A stretch of 58,025 bases of DNA from Gammaproteobacteria bacterium RIFCSPLOWO2_02_FULL_61_13 (GCA_001801865.1 MGYT01000122.1:2050-60074); one strand, 5' to 3'; positions 1 to 10,812 are shown, counted from the first letter of the stretch. Translations and numbers: made by a program. Notes: a model not told the origin generated them from the letters alone.

Positions 1-510
1 ATTGGGCATGACCACCTTCGGCAACGACTTCGCATCCATGATCGCATCGGACCCGACGATACCGTTCATGTTCAGCAGGTAGGCCACCAGCGCATACACC
101 TCGTCGCTCGATAAGGAACCGGGTGCCTGCATGGGCTTGGAACGGCGGATGAAGTCAAACAGCGTGGTGGCGTAGGGCCAGAAATTACCAATGGTCTTTT
201 CCGGCCATTCATCCGTGAGGCCCATCTTCGCGCCGGCCAGTTGGTCGCCGCTATCCCCGAGCCCGCCCTCCCCGTGGCATGACAAACAATGGGTGCGGTA
301 CAGCGCTTCGCCTGCCTGCGCGGAACCCCGGCCGGGAGGCAGTCCGGTGCCATCGGGCATGACATCGGTGTCCCAGGCGGCGATCAGATCCGCGGACGCA
401 GGCCGCCCGAGTCCGGGACCGGAGGGCAAATCACCGGCTGGGGCGTCAATCCCAGTCAGCGTCAATATCAGGAGTACCGCTCTGCTGCGCCGCCAGTTCA
501 TCATAGACAT
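1..510 (-). CDS. c-type cytochrome, probable cytochrome subunit of sulfite dehydrogenase (SorB/SoxD-like); 3' end runs off the window
   Basis: Absent from the ORF track (no stop inside window). Hand translation of the minus frame from ATG at 510/504/501 gives MSMMNWRRSRAVLLILTLTG... (signal-like) ...GEALYRTHCLSCHGEGG. CxxCH haem-c motif encoded at 274-288. Overlaps the 3' end of the upstream molybdoenzyme gene. Confidence 0.6.
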   Translation of the reverse strand, partial: MSMMNWRRSRAVLLILTLTGIDAPAGDLPSGPGLGRPASADLIAAWDTDVMPDGTGLPPGRGSAQAGEALYRTHCLSCHGEGGLGDSGDQLAGAKMGLTDEWPEKTIGNFWPYATTLFDFIRRSKPMQAPGSLSSDEVYALVAYLLNMNGIVGSDAIMDAKSLPKVVMPN

Positions 511-1804
511 GACCCAGGTTGCCTTGCTCGTCCACGGACCAGTTCACAATGCCGTTGTAATGATAGAACCCGTGCCGGCCGCGCTGGTCGATCAACGCCT
601 GGCGCTCCGGCTGCACATATCCTGTCTCATCGATAGCGCGGCTCTTCAGCAGCGCCGGCGCACCGCTCCAGCGCCACGGGATCCGGAATCGGGTAAACGC
701 GCGCGGCAGGATCGGCTCCTGCAGTTCCGCTTCGGCCCAGGACTTGCCCGCATCGGCGGAGACCTCCACTTTCTTTACCCGGCCGCGACCGCTCCACGCG
801 AGTCCGGTGATCTGGTACAGACCGGGGCCGCCTTTCAGCACCATGCCCGATGAGGGGGAGGTAATCAGAGATTTTGCTTCCATGACAAAACTGAACATGC
901 GCGCGGTGCCGTCCCCCAGCAGATCCGTGTAACGCGCGGTCTCATTTCGCGCCATGACCGGCTGATCGGACAGTTCGAGTCGGCGCAGCCATTTCACATT
1001 CACCACGCCTTCCCAGCCCGGCAACACCAGTCGCAGCGGATAGCCGTTCTCCGGCCGCAACCGCTCGCCGTTCTGGTATAGGGCCAGCATGCCGTCATCC
1101 AGGATCTTTTCCAGCGGGATGCTTACATGCATGGCAAATGCATCCGCGCCCTCGGCGATCACCCACTTCGCCCCGCGCTTCACGCCGGCCTCCTGAAACA
1201 GCACGCCCAGCGGGATGCCGGTCCATTCGCTGTTGGAGACCAGTCCGTGGAAATAACCCGCCTGTGACTGGGACGGGATTTTGTTCCAGCCCGCATTGCT
1301 GTTGCCGCCGCATTCGATAAAACAGGTCGTAGAACGCTGCGGGTAACGCAGCAGATCCTGGACGTTGAATGTGAGTGCCCGATCCACGCGGCCATGGATC
1401 AACAGCGAGTGCGCGCCGGGATCAATATCCGGTACGCCGTTATGGTGCCGTTCGAAGTGCAGACCGCTGGGCGTAATCGTGCCCTCGAGCAGGTGCAACG
1501 GCGTCCACGACGTGCCGCTGTTGCGCATGACACGGTTCGGCGCGGTGAAACGCGCCACGTCCTTTTCGAAACGCGCGGGGGCGCCGTAGGTGGAGAATTC
1601 ACGTCCCGGCTCGCGCATCCACTGCGGCCGCGCCAGGTCGGGATTCCGTATGTTATCGACAGACGTCGCCGCAGAGGCGACGGGCAGCCAGGCGGTGGCC
1701 CCGAACACCAGGCCGCGCTTGAGCAGCACGCGCCGATCCATCAGGCCGTTGCCGGCGGCGTCCGGGAGTCCGGCCTGAAAATGCGAAGGAAGTTGTTCAT
1801 TCAT
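446..1804 (-). CDS. Sulfite-oxidase-family molybdopterin oxidoreductase (SorA/SoxC-like sulfite dehydrogenase catalytic subunit)
   Basis: 452-aa ORF. Twin-arginine signal (MDRRVLLKRGLVFGATAWLPVASAA). SUOX-family blocks (LHFERHHNG, TCFIECGGNS with probable Mo-ligand Cys, C-terminal Ig-like dimerisation region). Followed by a cytochrome c gene. Confidence 0.8.
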   Translation of the reverse strand: MNEQLPSHFQAGLPDAAGNGLMDRRVLLKRGLVFGATAWLPVASAATSVDNIRNPDLARPQWMREPGREFSTYGAPARFEKDVARFTAPNRVMRNSGTSWTPLHLLEGTITPSGLHFERHHNGVPDIDPGAHSLLIHGRVDRALTFNVQDLLRYPQRSTTCFIECGGNSNAGWNKIPSQSQAGYFHGLVSNSEWTGIPLGVLFQEAGVKRGAKWVIAEGADAFAMHVSIPLEKILDDGMLALYQNGERLRPENGYPLRLVLPGWEGVVNVKWLRRLELSDQPVMARNETARYTDLLGDGTARMFSFVMEAKSLITSPSSGMVLKGGPGLYQITGLAWSGRGRVKKVEVSADAGKSWAEAELQEPILPRAFTRFRIPWRWSGAPALLKSRAIDETGYVQPERQALIDQRGRHGFYHYNGIVNWSVDEQGNLGHVYDELAAQQSGTPDIDADWD

Positions 1805-1846
1805 GGGGAACCGGAACCGTCGGTGAGATGCGACGGAATCGTACGC

Positions 1847-2773
1847 TCACGGATTCAGAGCTGCCAGATCCGGCCGCGTCAGCAGGAATATGCCATCGCC
1901 GCCGCGTTCGAATTCGAGCCAGACAAACGGCAATCCGGGAAACGCGCGCATCAGCGCGCGCTGGCCTGCGCCAACCTCCACCACCAGGATGCCGCGCGGG
2001 GTCAAATGCCCGGCCGCCTGTGCCAGCAACCGCCGCACCACATCAAAACCATCGCGGCCGCACTCCAGCGCCAGGCGCGGTTCATGGGCATACTCGGGAG
2101 GAAGTTTTCGCCAGGTCCGTGCCGGCACGTAGGGCGGGTTACTGACGATGATGTCGTACGTCCGGTTGCCCAGGGCCGAAAAAATATCCGAGCGCAGGCA
2201 GCGCACCCGCGTCTGCAGCCGATGCATCCTGACATTCTTCCGCGCCACTGCCAGCGCGTCCGCGCTGACGTCCACTGCATCCACACTCGCCTTCGGGAAG
2301 GCATGCGCGCAGGCAATGGCGATGCAACCGCTGCCGGTGCCGATATCCAGGATGCGGCGCGCCCGGCCCGCGGGCAGCCATGGCGCGAAACGATCGAGGA
2401 TCAGTTCCGCGATGGGTGAACGGGGGATCAGCACGCGTTCATCCACATGGAACGGCAGACCGGCGAACCAGGCCTCCTGCAGCAGGTAGGCAACCGGCCG
2501 CCGCTCCCGGATGCGACGGCGCGTCAGTTCGGCGAGGCGTTCACCGCGCGCCTTCGACACCGGTTTGTCCAGCACCTCAGGCGCGCACTCAAACGGCAGA
2601 CCGAGGGCCCGAAACACCAGGAACACCGCCTCATCACGGGGATTGTCAGTGCCGTGGCCGTAGCACAGCCGTGCGGCGCGAAATTTCTTCTCGACCCACG
2701 ATACCCACTGCCGTGGTGTGCGCGGATCGCCGGCCCGCTGGGCGCTGCTTACGGACCGCGCGGCGCGAGCCAC
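1847..2773 (-). CDS. prmB: 50S ribosomal protein L3 N5-glutamine methyltransferase
   Basis: 308 aa. SAM-binding ILDIGTGSGCIA and catalytic NPPY (IIVSNPPYV). Length and N-terminal region (WFAGLPFHVDERVLIPRSPI) fit PrmB rather than PrmC. Confidence 0.75.
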   Translation of the reverse strand: MARAARSVSSAQRAGDPRTPRQWVSWVEKKFRAARLCYGHGTDNPRDEAVFLVFRALGLPFECAPEVLDKPVSKARGERLAELTRRRIRERRPVAYLLQEAWFAGLPFHVDERVLIPRSPIAELILDRFAPWLPAGRARRILDIGTGSGCIAIACAHAFPKASVDAVDVSADALAVARKNVRMHRLQTRVRCLRSDIFSALGNRTYDIIVSNPPYVPARTWRKLPPEYAHEPRLALECGRDGFDVVRRLLAQAAGHLTPRGILVVEVGAGQRALMRAFPGLPFVWLEFERGGDGIFLLTRPDLAALNP

Positions 2774-2776
2774 CGG

Positions 2777-4408
2777 TCAATTGAGCGGCTGGTAGCCGGG
2801 AATGGCATTCAGATCAATTTCATCGATCTGCTTTGGAGCCAGGTACTGGCGCGCGTATTTCAGATACACCTGGTCGTGCATGAAAACATCGAACAGATCC
2901 GGATCAATATGTTTCTCCAGCTTCATCCGGCCGAGGATCTTCAGCGACTGGGACAGGGGCATGGCCTTCTTGTAGGGACGATCATTCGCGGTCAGCGCCT
3001 CGAACACGTCGGCAATCGCCACCATGCGCGCCGGAATGGACATCTGGGCGCGGGACAGCCCATGGGGATATCCGGTTCCGTCCATCTTTTCGTGATGGCC
3101 TCCGGCATATTCAGGCACGCGCCGCAGGTGTTTTGGATAGGGCAGCGATTCCAGCATCTTGATGGTGACCGCCACATGGTTGTTGATGATCTGCCGCTCG
3201 CGGATACTGAGGGTGCCGCGGCCAATCTGAAGATTCTCCAGCTCCTCGCGCGACAACAGCGGTTCGCCGACACCCTCGGGTCCCACCCATTGGGTGCGGG
3301 AAATCTGATCCAGGCGTTTCAGTTGTTCATCCGCCATCTGTTCGCCGCCGATATTGCTGCGCCGGATAAAGTCCCGATCCGAGATCAAGCGCGTCAGGGC
3401 CTGTTGCAATTCCGCATCGTCACGCAACAGGACCTCGGGATTGCCGCCGAGTTCCTGCAACCGGCGCTGCAGGGTTGTAATCTGGGCATCCCGTTTCAGC
3501 ACCTCGAAGCGCGCATCAACCAGATGAATGCGGTCATAGATGGTCTCCAGTTTGGTGCCCTTGTCTACCACGAACTCCGGCGTCGTGATCTTGCCGCAGT
3601 CATGCAGCCAGGCGGCGACCTCCAGTTCATACATCTCGATCTCGTTCATGGTGAAATCGCGCAGCGGACCAGTGGTCATGCGACACGCCGCCGCCGCCAG
3701 CATGTTGGTCAACACCGGCACGCGCCGGCAGTGGCCCGCGGTGTACGGTGATTTTTCGTCAATGGCGTTGGCGATTAACTGGATCAACGAGTCGAACAGT
3801 TTCTTTTGCGCGTCAATCAGGCTGCGGTTGGTAATGGTGACCGCGGCCTGTGAGGCCAGGGATTCCACGAAGCGTTGATCCAGCCCGGAAAACGGCATGA
3901 CCTCGCCGGAACCGGGCTGCTTGGCATTTATCAACTGCAATACGCCGATGATCTCGTTTTCGTGATTGCGCAATGGCACGGTGAGAAAGGACTTGGAGCG
4001 ATATCCCGTCTTCTGGTCGAAACTGCGCGTGCCGGAAAAATCAAACTCATGGCTGGCGTAGGCATCTTCGATATTTACCGTCTCGCCGCTGATGGCCGCC
4101 CAGGCCGCCACCATGGTGCGGTTGGGGCGACCCTCGGCATCGTAAAGGGCAAGCGGGTAAAACGTGATCTCCTCGCCACTGGTGCCGCCACGATGAATGC
4201 CCAGTGAACGATTGACCATTATCTCGAAGGTGAGACGGTTGTCCTCGGTGCGGGTGTAGAGCGTGCCGCCGTCGGCCTTGGTGATCTCCATTGCTTTCAG
4301 CAGGATCATCTCCAGCAGGCGGGAGTGATCCTTTTCCGCCGACAGCGCGATGCCAATGTCGGTCAGCTCCTTGAGCAGGCCGGTGAAATCGGAGGAATTG
4401 ATGGTCAT
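2777..4408 (-). CDS. GAF domain-containing HD-GYP phosphohydrolase (probable c-di-GMP phosphodiesterase)
   Basis: 543 aa. N-terminal GAF-like region. HD motif (AAWLHDCGK) and HHEKMDGTGYP signature. Confidence 0.85.
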   Translation of the reverse strand: MTINSSDFTGLLKELTDIGIALSAEKDHSRLLEMILLKAMEITKADGGTLYTRTEDNRLTFEIMVNRSLGIHRGGTSGEEITFYPLALYDAEGRPNRTMVAAWAAISGETVNIEDAYASHEFDFSGTRSFDQKTGYRSKSFLTVPLRNHENEIIGVLQLINAKQPGSGEVMPFSGLDQRFVESLASQAAVTITNRSLIDAQKKLFDSLIQLIANAIDEKSPYTAGHCRRVPVLTNMLAAAACRMTTGPLRDFTMNEIEMYELEVAAWLHDCGKITTPEFVVDKGTKLETIYDRIHLVDARFEVLKRDAQITTLQRRLQELGGNPEVLLRDDAELQQALTRLISDRDFIRRSNIGGEQMADEQLKRLDQISRTQWVGPEGVGEPLLSREELENLQIGRGTLSIRERQIINNHVAVTIKMLESLPYPKHLRRVPEYAGGHHEKMDGTGYPHGLSRAQMSIPARMVAIADVFEALTANDRPYKKAMPLSQSLKILGRMKLEKHIDPDLFDVFMHDQVYLKYARQYLAPKQIDEIDLNAIPGYQPLN

Positions 4409-4531
4409 GGTTCCGGTTGCGGACTTCCACGCGTCAATGTGCGCGCCATTCTAGCAGGGTGATACAAATCCCGGTCTTACCGCACCCGGTGACGCCCCGG
4501 AGCCGGGACGCAGTCCCCGCGGCCCCGGGGA

Positions 4532-6406
4532 TCAGCGTGGGGCAGCCAGCAGCAGGGCGTTCAGCCGCTGCACGAAACCGGCCGGGTCGGGAAGCTGACC
4601 GCCCTCGCTCAACAGCGCCTGGTCAAACAGCAGTTGTGCCCACTTCCGGAAGCGTTCCGGATCGGGCTCCTGCTCTACGCGGCCGAGCAGCGCGTGCGAC
4701 AGGTTCACCTCCAGCACCGGCTTTTGCTGGGGAACCTTCTGACCCGTGGATTCCAGAATGCGCTGGAGGTGGCGGCTCAATTCCTGTTCCTCCATCACCA
4801 GGCAGCAGGCGGACGTTGTCAGCCGGCGGCTGCTGCGCACATCCTTGACCTGGTCGCCCAGGGCATCGCGCAGCCGCTGGATCAATGCGTTCTGTTCACC
4901 GGACGGCGGTGCGGCCCCGGTCTCCGCTTCCGTGCCCAGTTCCAGATCCCCTTTGGCCACGGAACGCAGCGGCAGCCCTTCGAACTCGGCCAGATGCATT
5001 ACCACCCACTCGTCCACAGGGTCCGTGAGCAGCAGCACTTCAATATTTCGCGCGCGCAATGCCTCCAGGTGCGGGCTGCTGCGCGCCGCGGCCAGATTGT
5101 CCGCGGTCAGGTAGTAGATGAACTTCTGATCCGTCGCCAGGCGCCCGGCATACTCCTGCAGCGAAAGGGTTTGCGCGTCCCCCTCCGTGCCCGTGGACGA
5201 GAACCGGAACAGCCGCGCGATTTCCGCGCGCTTGTCGGGTGCATCAATCACGCCCTCCTTCATCACCCGCCCGAACTCCTTCCAGAAGCGGGCGTACTTC
5301 TCCGGCTCCTTTTCCGCCATATCCACCAGCATTTCCACCACCTTGCGCGCACACCCGGAACGGATGGTGTCAATGGTCCGATCCTGCTGCAGGATCTCGC
5401 GCGAAATATTCAGGGGCAGGTCGGCCGAGTCCACAATGCCGCGCACAAAACGCAGGTACGGAGGCAACAACTGTTCGGCATCGTCCATGATGAAGATGCG
5501 GCGCACGTACAACTTGACGCCCCGGCGCCGCTCCCGGTCCCAGAGGTCGAAGGGTGCGCGCGCCGGAATGAACAACAGGCTGGTGTACTCCACCTTCCCT
5601 TCCACCCGGTTATGGGAATACGCCAGCGCGTCCTCGGCTTCGTGCGCCACGTGTTTGTAAAATTCCTGGTACTCGGCCTCGGAAATTTCCTTGCGCGGCC
5701 GCGTCCAGAGGGCGGTGGCGCGATTGACCGTCTCCTCGCCTTTTTTCTCCTTTTCCTCGCTGTCCATGACGATGGGCAGTGAGATATGGTCTGAATACTT
5801 GTGCAGGATGGAGCGCAGACGCCAGCCGTCCAGGAAATCATCCTCGCCTTCGCGCAGGTGTAACGTGACCCGCGTGCCCCGCCGCGGGCGGTCGATGGTC
5901 GCAACGCTGTAGTCGCTTTCGCCGCTGGAAATCCAGCGCACGCCCTGCTCGCGCTTCGCACCGGCGCGGCGCGTGGTTACTTCAACCTTGCTGGCCACGA
6001 TAAATGCAGAATAGAAACCGACCCCGAACTGGCCGATGAGGCTGGAATCACGCGCTTGGTCACCGGTGAGGGACGCAAGGAACTGGCTGGTGCCGGATTT
6101 GGCAATGGTTCCCAGATGATCAATCACCTCCTCGCGGGACATGCCGATGCCATTGTCGATGACACTGATGGTGCGCTGCTCGCGGTCGAATTCGACGCGA
6201 ATGCGCAGGTCCGGCTCGTCTTCGTACAGGCTTGCATCCTGCAGCGCCAGAAAACGCAACTTGTCCGCCGCATCGGAGGCGTTGGAGATCATCTCGCGCA
6301 GGAAGATTTCCTTGTTGCTGTAAAGCGAGTGGATCATCAGATCCAGCAACTGCCTGACTTCCGTCTGAAACCCGAGGGTTTCCTGATTACTTTCAATGCT
6401 CATCAA
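4532..6406 (-). CDS. htpG: Molecular chaperone HtpG (Hsp90)
   Basis: 624 aa. N-terminal ETLGFQTEVRQLLDLMIHSLYSNKEIFLREMISNASDA is the canonical Hsp90 GHKL ATPase signature. Confidence 0.97.
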   Translation of the reverse strand: MMSIESNQETLGFQTEVRQLLDLMIHSLYSNKEIFLREMISNASDAADKLRFLALQDASLYEDEPDLRIRVEFDREQRTISVIDNGIGMSREEVIDHLGTIAKSGTSQFLASLTGDQARDSSLIGQFGVGFYSAFIVASKVEVTTRRAGAKREQGVRWISSGESDYSVATIDRPRRGTRVTLHLREGEDDFLDGWRLRSILHKYSDHISLPIVMDSEEKEKKGEETVNRATALWTRPRKEISEAEYQEFYKHVAHEAEDALAYSHNRVEGKVEYTSLLFIPARAPFDLWDRERRRGVKLYVRRIFIMDDAEQLLPPYLRFVRGIVDSADLPLNISREILQQDRTIDTIRSGCARKVVEMLVDMAEKEPEKYARFWKEFGRVMKEGVIDAPDKRAEIARLFRFSSTGTEGDAQTLSLQEYAGRLATDQKFIYYLTADNLAAARSSPHLEALRARNIEVLLLTDPVDEWVVMHLAEFEGLPLRSVAKGDLELGTEAETGAAPPSGEQNALIQRLRDALGDQVKDVRSSRRLTTSACCLVMEEQELSRHLQRILESTGQKVPQQKPVLEVNLSHALLGRVEQEPDPERFRKWAQLLFDQALLSEGGQLPDPAGFVQRLNALLLAAPR

Positions 6407-6442
6407 TACCGCTCCCTGCAGTTGATACCGATCGGAAGGAAA

Positions 6443-6471
6443 AGATCGGGGCGCCCGGTGGCAATTTCAAG
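6443..6471 (-). promoter_or_regulatory. Candidate sigma-32 heat-shock promoter of htpG
   Basis: Minus strand reads CTTGAAA (6471-6465), 13 nt, CCCCGATCT (6451-6443), against consensus CTTGAAA-N13-15-CCCCATnT. About 37 nt upstream of the htpG ATG. Confidence 0.45.
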
Positions 6472-6562
6472 ATTGCCACGTAACGGTTGCGTTTGCCACG
6501 ACGCGGCGACGGCGCGATAATTCCACGTCACCCATGTCTACACACCCGACCAATTCACGCTG

Positions 6563-7108
6563 ATGCAGGCCAATGGTGCCGGACCCCGTGCGCTGGCCCG
6601 TGCGTTCACCCCGGCGGAGGTTCGGCGGACGCTTTTTTGTGTGATTTGCAGCGCTATCATCACCCTTTCCGGGTGCGAAACCCCTTCCTTGACGCGTCCA
6701 GACGCGGTCGTGCCGCTGGAGGACATCGCCAGCCTGACGCTGCAGGCGGATCAGGCCTACCAGGGCGCGGACTGGCCCGCGGCCGAGAGCGGTTACCGTC
6801 GCCTGACACAACTGGCGCCTGAAAACGCGGAGCACTGGTTTCGCCTGGGCAACGTCTACGCCCATTTGAATATATTCGGGGAGGCTGTGCGCATGTACGG
6901 CGAGGCCTTGCGACGGAACGACGCCCACGTCGACGCGTGGCACAACCTGGGGATGGCGCAAATGCAACTTGCTGCACGTTCATTCGTCCAACTGCAGGCC
7001 AGGACGCCGGCCGATGATCCGGCCCGGGATCGTGCCCGGCGCCTGGTCGAAGGCGTCACCGAGGTGCTCGAATCCGAGCAGTCAGACGGGCAGGACACTG
7101 AACCATGA
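6563..7108 (+). CDS. TPR-repeat lipoprotein
   Basis: 181 aa. Lipobox ITLSGC after a hydrophobic stretch. TPR-like repeats ([42 protein letters not shown]). Stop overlaps the mutS ATG (ATGA). Confidence 0.6.
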   Translation: MQANGAGPRALARAFTPAEVRRTLFCVICSAIITLSGCETPSLTRPDAVVPLEDIASLTLQADQAYQGADWPAAESGYRRLTQLAPENAEHWFRLGNVYAHLNIFGEAVRMYGEALRRNDAHVDAWHNLGMAQMQLAARSFVQLQARTPADDPARDRARRLVEGVTEVLESEQSDGQDTEP

Positions 7109-9687
7109 GCGAACCCGTCGCCAATACCCCCTCCGCAGTTGCCGGCATGGAACACACACCGGTCATGCGCCAGTATCTGGGCTTCAAGGCGCAGCATGTG
7201 GACAAGCTTCTGTTTTTCCGCATGGGCGACTTTTATGAACTGTTCTTCGATGATGCGCGCCGCGCCGCCCGCCTGCTGGACATCACCCTGACGCGGCGCG
7301 GACAGTCCGCGGGTGAACCCATTCCCATGGCGGGTGTGCCGGTGCACGCCGTTGACACCTATCTGGCGCGTTTAATCCGGCTGGGTGAATCAGTCGCCAT
7401 TTGTGAGCAGATTGGTGACCCGGCGTTGGCGCGCGGCCCAGTGGAACGGCGCGTGGTGCGCGTGGTGACGCCCGGCACGGTCACGGATGAGGCCCTGCTG
7501 GAGGACCGGGCCGAGGCGACACTGGTGGGTGTCTGTTCACTTTCAGGTCGGCTTGGTTATGCCAGCCTGGACCTGGCCAGCGGGCGAATTGCGGCCGGCG
7601 AATGTGATGGCCTGGAGGCGCTGGAGGTGGAGGTCCGCCGCATGAATCCGGCGGAGATCCTGGTGGCGGACGAGGCCACTGATCTGGCGCTACGCTTGAA
7701 GGTGCATTGCCGTCGGCTTACCTCCCTGGCGGCCTGGCAATTTGATGTGGTGGAAGCCAGACGCTCCCTGCAAGACCAGTTCCGGGTGCAGGATCTGTCC
7801 GGGCTCGGCATGGACTCGATGCCCGCGGCCGTGGCTGCGACCGGCGCCGTGCTTCAATATGCCCGCGCCACCCAGCAGCACGACCTGCCGCATTTGCAGC
7901 CGCCCAGGCTGGAGCAAGTGCAGGACTTTGTGGTGCTGGACGCCGCCACGCGCCGCAATCTGGAGCTGGAACAAGGCCTGGGTGGCAAGGTCGAGCACAG
8001 TCTGCTGGGCGTTATGGACTCCACGGTGAACCCCATGGGTGGCCGGATGCTGCGGCGCTGGCTGCAGCGCCCGCTGCAGGATCGGCAGGCATTGGGGCAA
8101 CGACTGGATGCCGTGGAGGCGTTGCTGGCATCGGGGCTACAAGCCGGCCTGCGCGATGTGTTGGAACGCCTCGGGGATCTGGAACGCATCGTGGCGCGGA
8201 TCGCCCTGGGCAGCGCGCGCCCCAGGGATCTTTGCCAGCTGCGTGCAACACTCTCGCAATTGCCCGCCTTGCGCGATCAGGCCGGCAAAGTTGCGGCGCC
8301 GCGGATACGGGAACTGTGCGGAAAGATTGACCTGCTGCCGGAGTTGCAGCGGTACCTGGAACAGTCCATTGCTGCCGAGCCTGCCGCGCATGTTCGCGAC
8401 GGCGACGTCATTGCAGAGGGATTTGACGACGTGCTGGACGAACTTCGGGCCCTGAGCCGGGATGCCGGCCGATTGCTGGCCGAATTCGAACTGCGCGAGC
8501 GTCAACGCACCGGAATTAACGCATTGAAGGTCGGCTACAACCGGGTGCATGGCTATTACATTGAACTGAGCCGCGCCCAGGCCGCCAACGCCCCGGCGGA
8601 GTACCAGCGTCGCCAGACGCTGAAGGCCGTGGAACGCTATGTCACCGATGAACTCCGCCATTTCGAAGGTCAGGTGCTGAGCGCAAGAGACCGGGCTCTG
8701 GCCCGTGAACGGGAACTGTACGACGGCATCCTGGCGCGCATCAACAGCGACACCGCGACATTGCAGGCAATCGCGTCCGCAGGCGCGGAACTCGATGTTC
8801 TCGCAGCGTTCGCCGAGCGCGCCCAGGTGCTCAATTACTCGCGTCCTGCCTTTACCGATCAAGCCGGGCTGGAAATTCGCGCTGGTCGGCACCCGGTGGT
8901 GGAACAGTTGCGCCCGGAACCGTTCATCGCCAACGACACGTTGCTCGATGCCGAACAGCGCATGCTGGTGATCACCGGACCCAATATGGGTGGCAAATCG
9001 ACTTACATGCGCCAGGTTGCCCTGATCGTTGTCCTGGCGCACATAGGCAGCTTCGTTCCGGCCCGCAGTGCCAGACTCGGGCCGGTGGACCGGATATTTA
9101 CCCGCATTGGCGCCGCCGACGATGTCGCCGGCGGCCGCTCAACCTTCATGGTCGAGATGTCGGAGACCGCGCAGATCCTGCACGCCGCCACCAACCGCAG
9201 CCTGGTGTTGATGGATGAGATTGGCCGCGGCACGAGTACCTACGATGGCGTCGCACTTGCCTGTGCATGCGCCGTGCATCTGGCCCGGTCGGTTCAATCA
9301 TTCACTTTGTTTGCCACGCATTTTGTCGAACTGACCGAACTTGCGCAGGCACTTGACGGCGCCCGCAATGTACACCTGGCGGCCGTGGAACATGGAGACC
9401 GAATCGTCTTTCTGCACGCGCTGCGGGACGGGCCGGCCGACCGCAGCTACGGACTGCAGGTCGCGCAACTTGCCGGCGTGCCGCGCGCGGTCATTGATGA
9501 TGCCGCGCAACGCCTGCGTTGCCTGGAGTCGTCGCCGCGCGCCATGCAAACATTGCCGGATCAGCAGGCCGACTTGTTTGCCGCCACCAATCCGGTCATC
9601 GATGAGTTGCGTGGAGTCGAACCGGATGAACTCACGCCGCGGGCGGCGTTGGAATTGCTGTATCGCTGGCGCGCGCTGTTGAAGTAG
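7105..9687 (+). CDS. mutS: DNA mismatch repair protein MutS
   Basis: 860 aa. N-terminal [14 protein letters not shown] mismatch-binding block and Walker [14 protein letters not shown]. Confidence 0.97.
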   Translation: MSEPVANTPSAVAGMEHTPVMRQYLGFKAQHVDKLLFFRMGDFYELFFDDARRAARLLDITLTRRGQSAGEPIPMAGVPVHAVDTYLARLIRLGESVAICEQIGDPALARGPVERRVVRVVTPGTVTDEALLEDRAEATLVGVCSLSGRLGYASLDLASGRIAAGECDGLEALEVEVRRMNPAEILVADEATDLALRLKVHCRRLTSLAAWQFDVVEARRSLQDQFRVQDLSGLGMDSMPAAVAATGAVLQYARATQQHDLPHLQPPRLEQVQDFVVLDAATRRNLELEQGLGGKVEHSLLGVMDSTVNPMGGRMLRRWLQRPLQDRQALGQRLDAVEALLASGLQAGLRDVLERLGDLERIVARIALGSARPRDLCQLRATLSQLPALRDQAGKVAAPRIRELCGKIDLLPELQRYLEQSIAAEPAAHVRDGDVIAEGFDDVLDELRALSRDAGRLLAEFELRERQRTGINALKVGYNRVHGYYIELSRAQAANAPAEYQRRQTLKAVERYVTDELRHFEGQVLSARDRALARERELYDGILARINSDTATLQAIASAGAELDVLAAFAERAQVLNYSRPAFTDQAGLEIRAGRHPVVEQLRPEPFIANDTLLDAEQRMLVITGPNMGGKSTYMRQVALIVVLAHIGSFVPARSARLGPVDRIFTRIGAADDVAGGRSTFMVEMSETAQILHAATNRSLVLMDEIGRGTSTYDGVALACACAVHLARSVQSFTLFATHFVELTELAQALDGARNVHLAAVEHGDRIVFLHALRDGPADRSYGLQVAQLAGVPRAVIDDAAQRLRCLESSPRAMQTLPDQQADLFAATNPVIDELRGVEPDELTPRAALELLYRWRALLK

Positions 9688-9773
9688 ACCGGCGCTGGTT
9701 TGAGTACACTGTTGCAATCCGCCGCGCGGGAGTATGATCCCGCCGAAATCACGTCTTAGCAGCCCAAACGACC

Positions 9774-10097
9774 ATGCCCTTCGTTGTAACTGATGCCTGC
9801 ATCAAATGCCGATTCACCGACTGCGTGGAGGTTTGCCCGGTTGACTGCTTCCATGAAGGACCGAATTTTCTGGTCATTGACCCGGACGAATGCATCGATT
9901 GCACGCTGTGCGAGCCCGAGTGCCCGGTTGAGGCAATCATGTCTGAAGACGATGTGCCCGAAGGCATGAAGGAATTCATTGAACTGAACGCCACGCTGTC
10001 CAGGCAATGGCCGGTTATCAGTGAAATGAAGGAACATTTCCCCGACGCGGACGAATGGCGGGAAGTGAAGGACAAGCTCAAATACCTGGAGCGCTGA
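9774..10097 (+). CDS. fdxA: 7Fe ferredoxin (3Fe-4S/4Fe-4S) FdxA
   Basis: 107 aa. [28 protein letters not shown]...[12 protein letters not shown] cysteine pattern. mutS-fdxA adjacency as in Pseudomonas. Confidence 0.92.
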   Translation: MPFVVTDACIKCRFTDCVEVCPVDCFHEGPNFLVIDPDECIDCTLCEPECPVEAIMSEDDVPEGMKEFIELNATLSRQWPVISEMKEHFPDADEWREVKDKLKYLER

Positions 10098-10140
10098 AGC
10101 GCTGCCATTCTTCCTGGCTGGAATTTCCTGCGGCGCATCC

Positions 10141-10635
10141 GTGCAGCGAATTCCCCTGGTGAACCCCGGATCCTGTTGGAAGTACTTGCTTCTGCTGGCC
10201 AGCCTGGCCGCCGTTGCCCTGCCCGCGCTTGCAGATGAAATCTATCGCTGGGTGGATGCGGAGGGCCGCGTGCATTTCGGTGACAAGCCGCCGGAAAACG
10301 CCGAACGCGTGGAACTGACCCCGATCCCGGCCGGCGATCCGCAGCTGCAGCAACGGCAGGAACGCGGAGAGCGCCTGACGGAAATCATGGCCGAGGATCG
10401 CCTGCGGCGGGACCAGGAGAGACGCGCCGGAGAGCAGGCCGATGCCGATCGGCGCAGCAAGTGTGAAACAGCCCGCAAGCGCAATTCCCAGGCTGCTGAT
10501 GCCAATTATATTGTCCGACCCACCAGCGATCCCGATAACCCACACTATCTGACGGACGCGGAACGGCAGGAATTCGAACAGCAGTTGCAAGCCGAGATTC
10601 GCCGCTACTGCGGCAAGGCAGTGGCGCCGGAATAA
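10141..10635 (+). CDS. Secreted DUF4124-like protein
   Basis: 164 aa, GTG start. Signal peptide (LLLLASLAAVALPALA). IYRWVDAEGRVHFGDKPP block typical of DUF4124. Charged coiled C-terminus. Confidence 0.6.
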   Translation: MQRIPLVNPGSCWKYLLLLASLAAVALPALADEIYRWVDAEGRVHFGDKPPENAERVELTPIPAGDPQLQQRQERGERLTEIMAEDRLRRDQERRAGEQADADRRSKCETARKRNSQAADANYIVRPTSDPDNPHYLTDAERQEFEQQLQAEIRRYCGKAVAPE

Positions 10636-10812
10636 ATTGCGCCAATGGAATTGCCATTCGCGTGTGCCGCCGGCGTTGGGCGAGTGGACCTCTCTTTTAT
10701 AATCAGCGTATTATCGCGGCGTCATTGGTTGCAGCAGGGGCCTGAGCCGGTTTCTGGATAACACGGCGCTGGCAAAAAAACGGATGGCAGGGATCTGGAT
10801 ACCGCGCGGACC

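Noticed and set aside
2447-3751. 434-codon ORF on the plus strand
   Set aside because: It is antisense to the HD-GYP gene and prmB and has no motifs. It is a shadow ORF. The same reasoning applies to 4634-5782 (anti-htpG), 8137-9042 (anti-mutS), 21576-22463 (anti-sucA), 45371-46663 (anti-serA/glmM), 51885-52889 (anti-carB), 33518-34351 and 34731-35546.
9712-9738. Sigma-70-like promoter TTGCAA-N15-TATGAT upstream of fdxA
   Set aside because: The hexamers are good, but the 15-nt spacer is shorter than the functional optimum. This is plausible but not supportable without TSS data.
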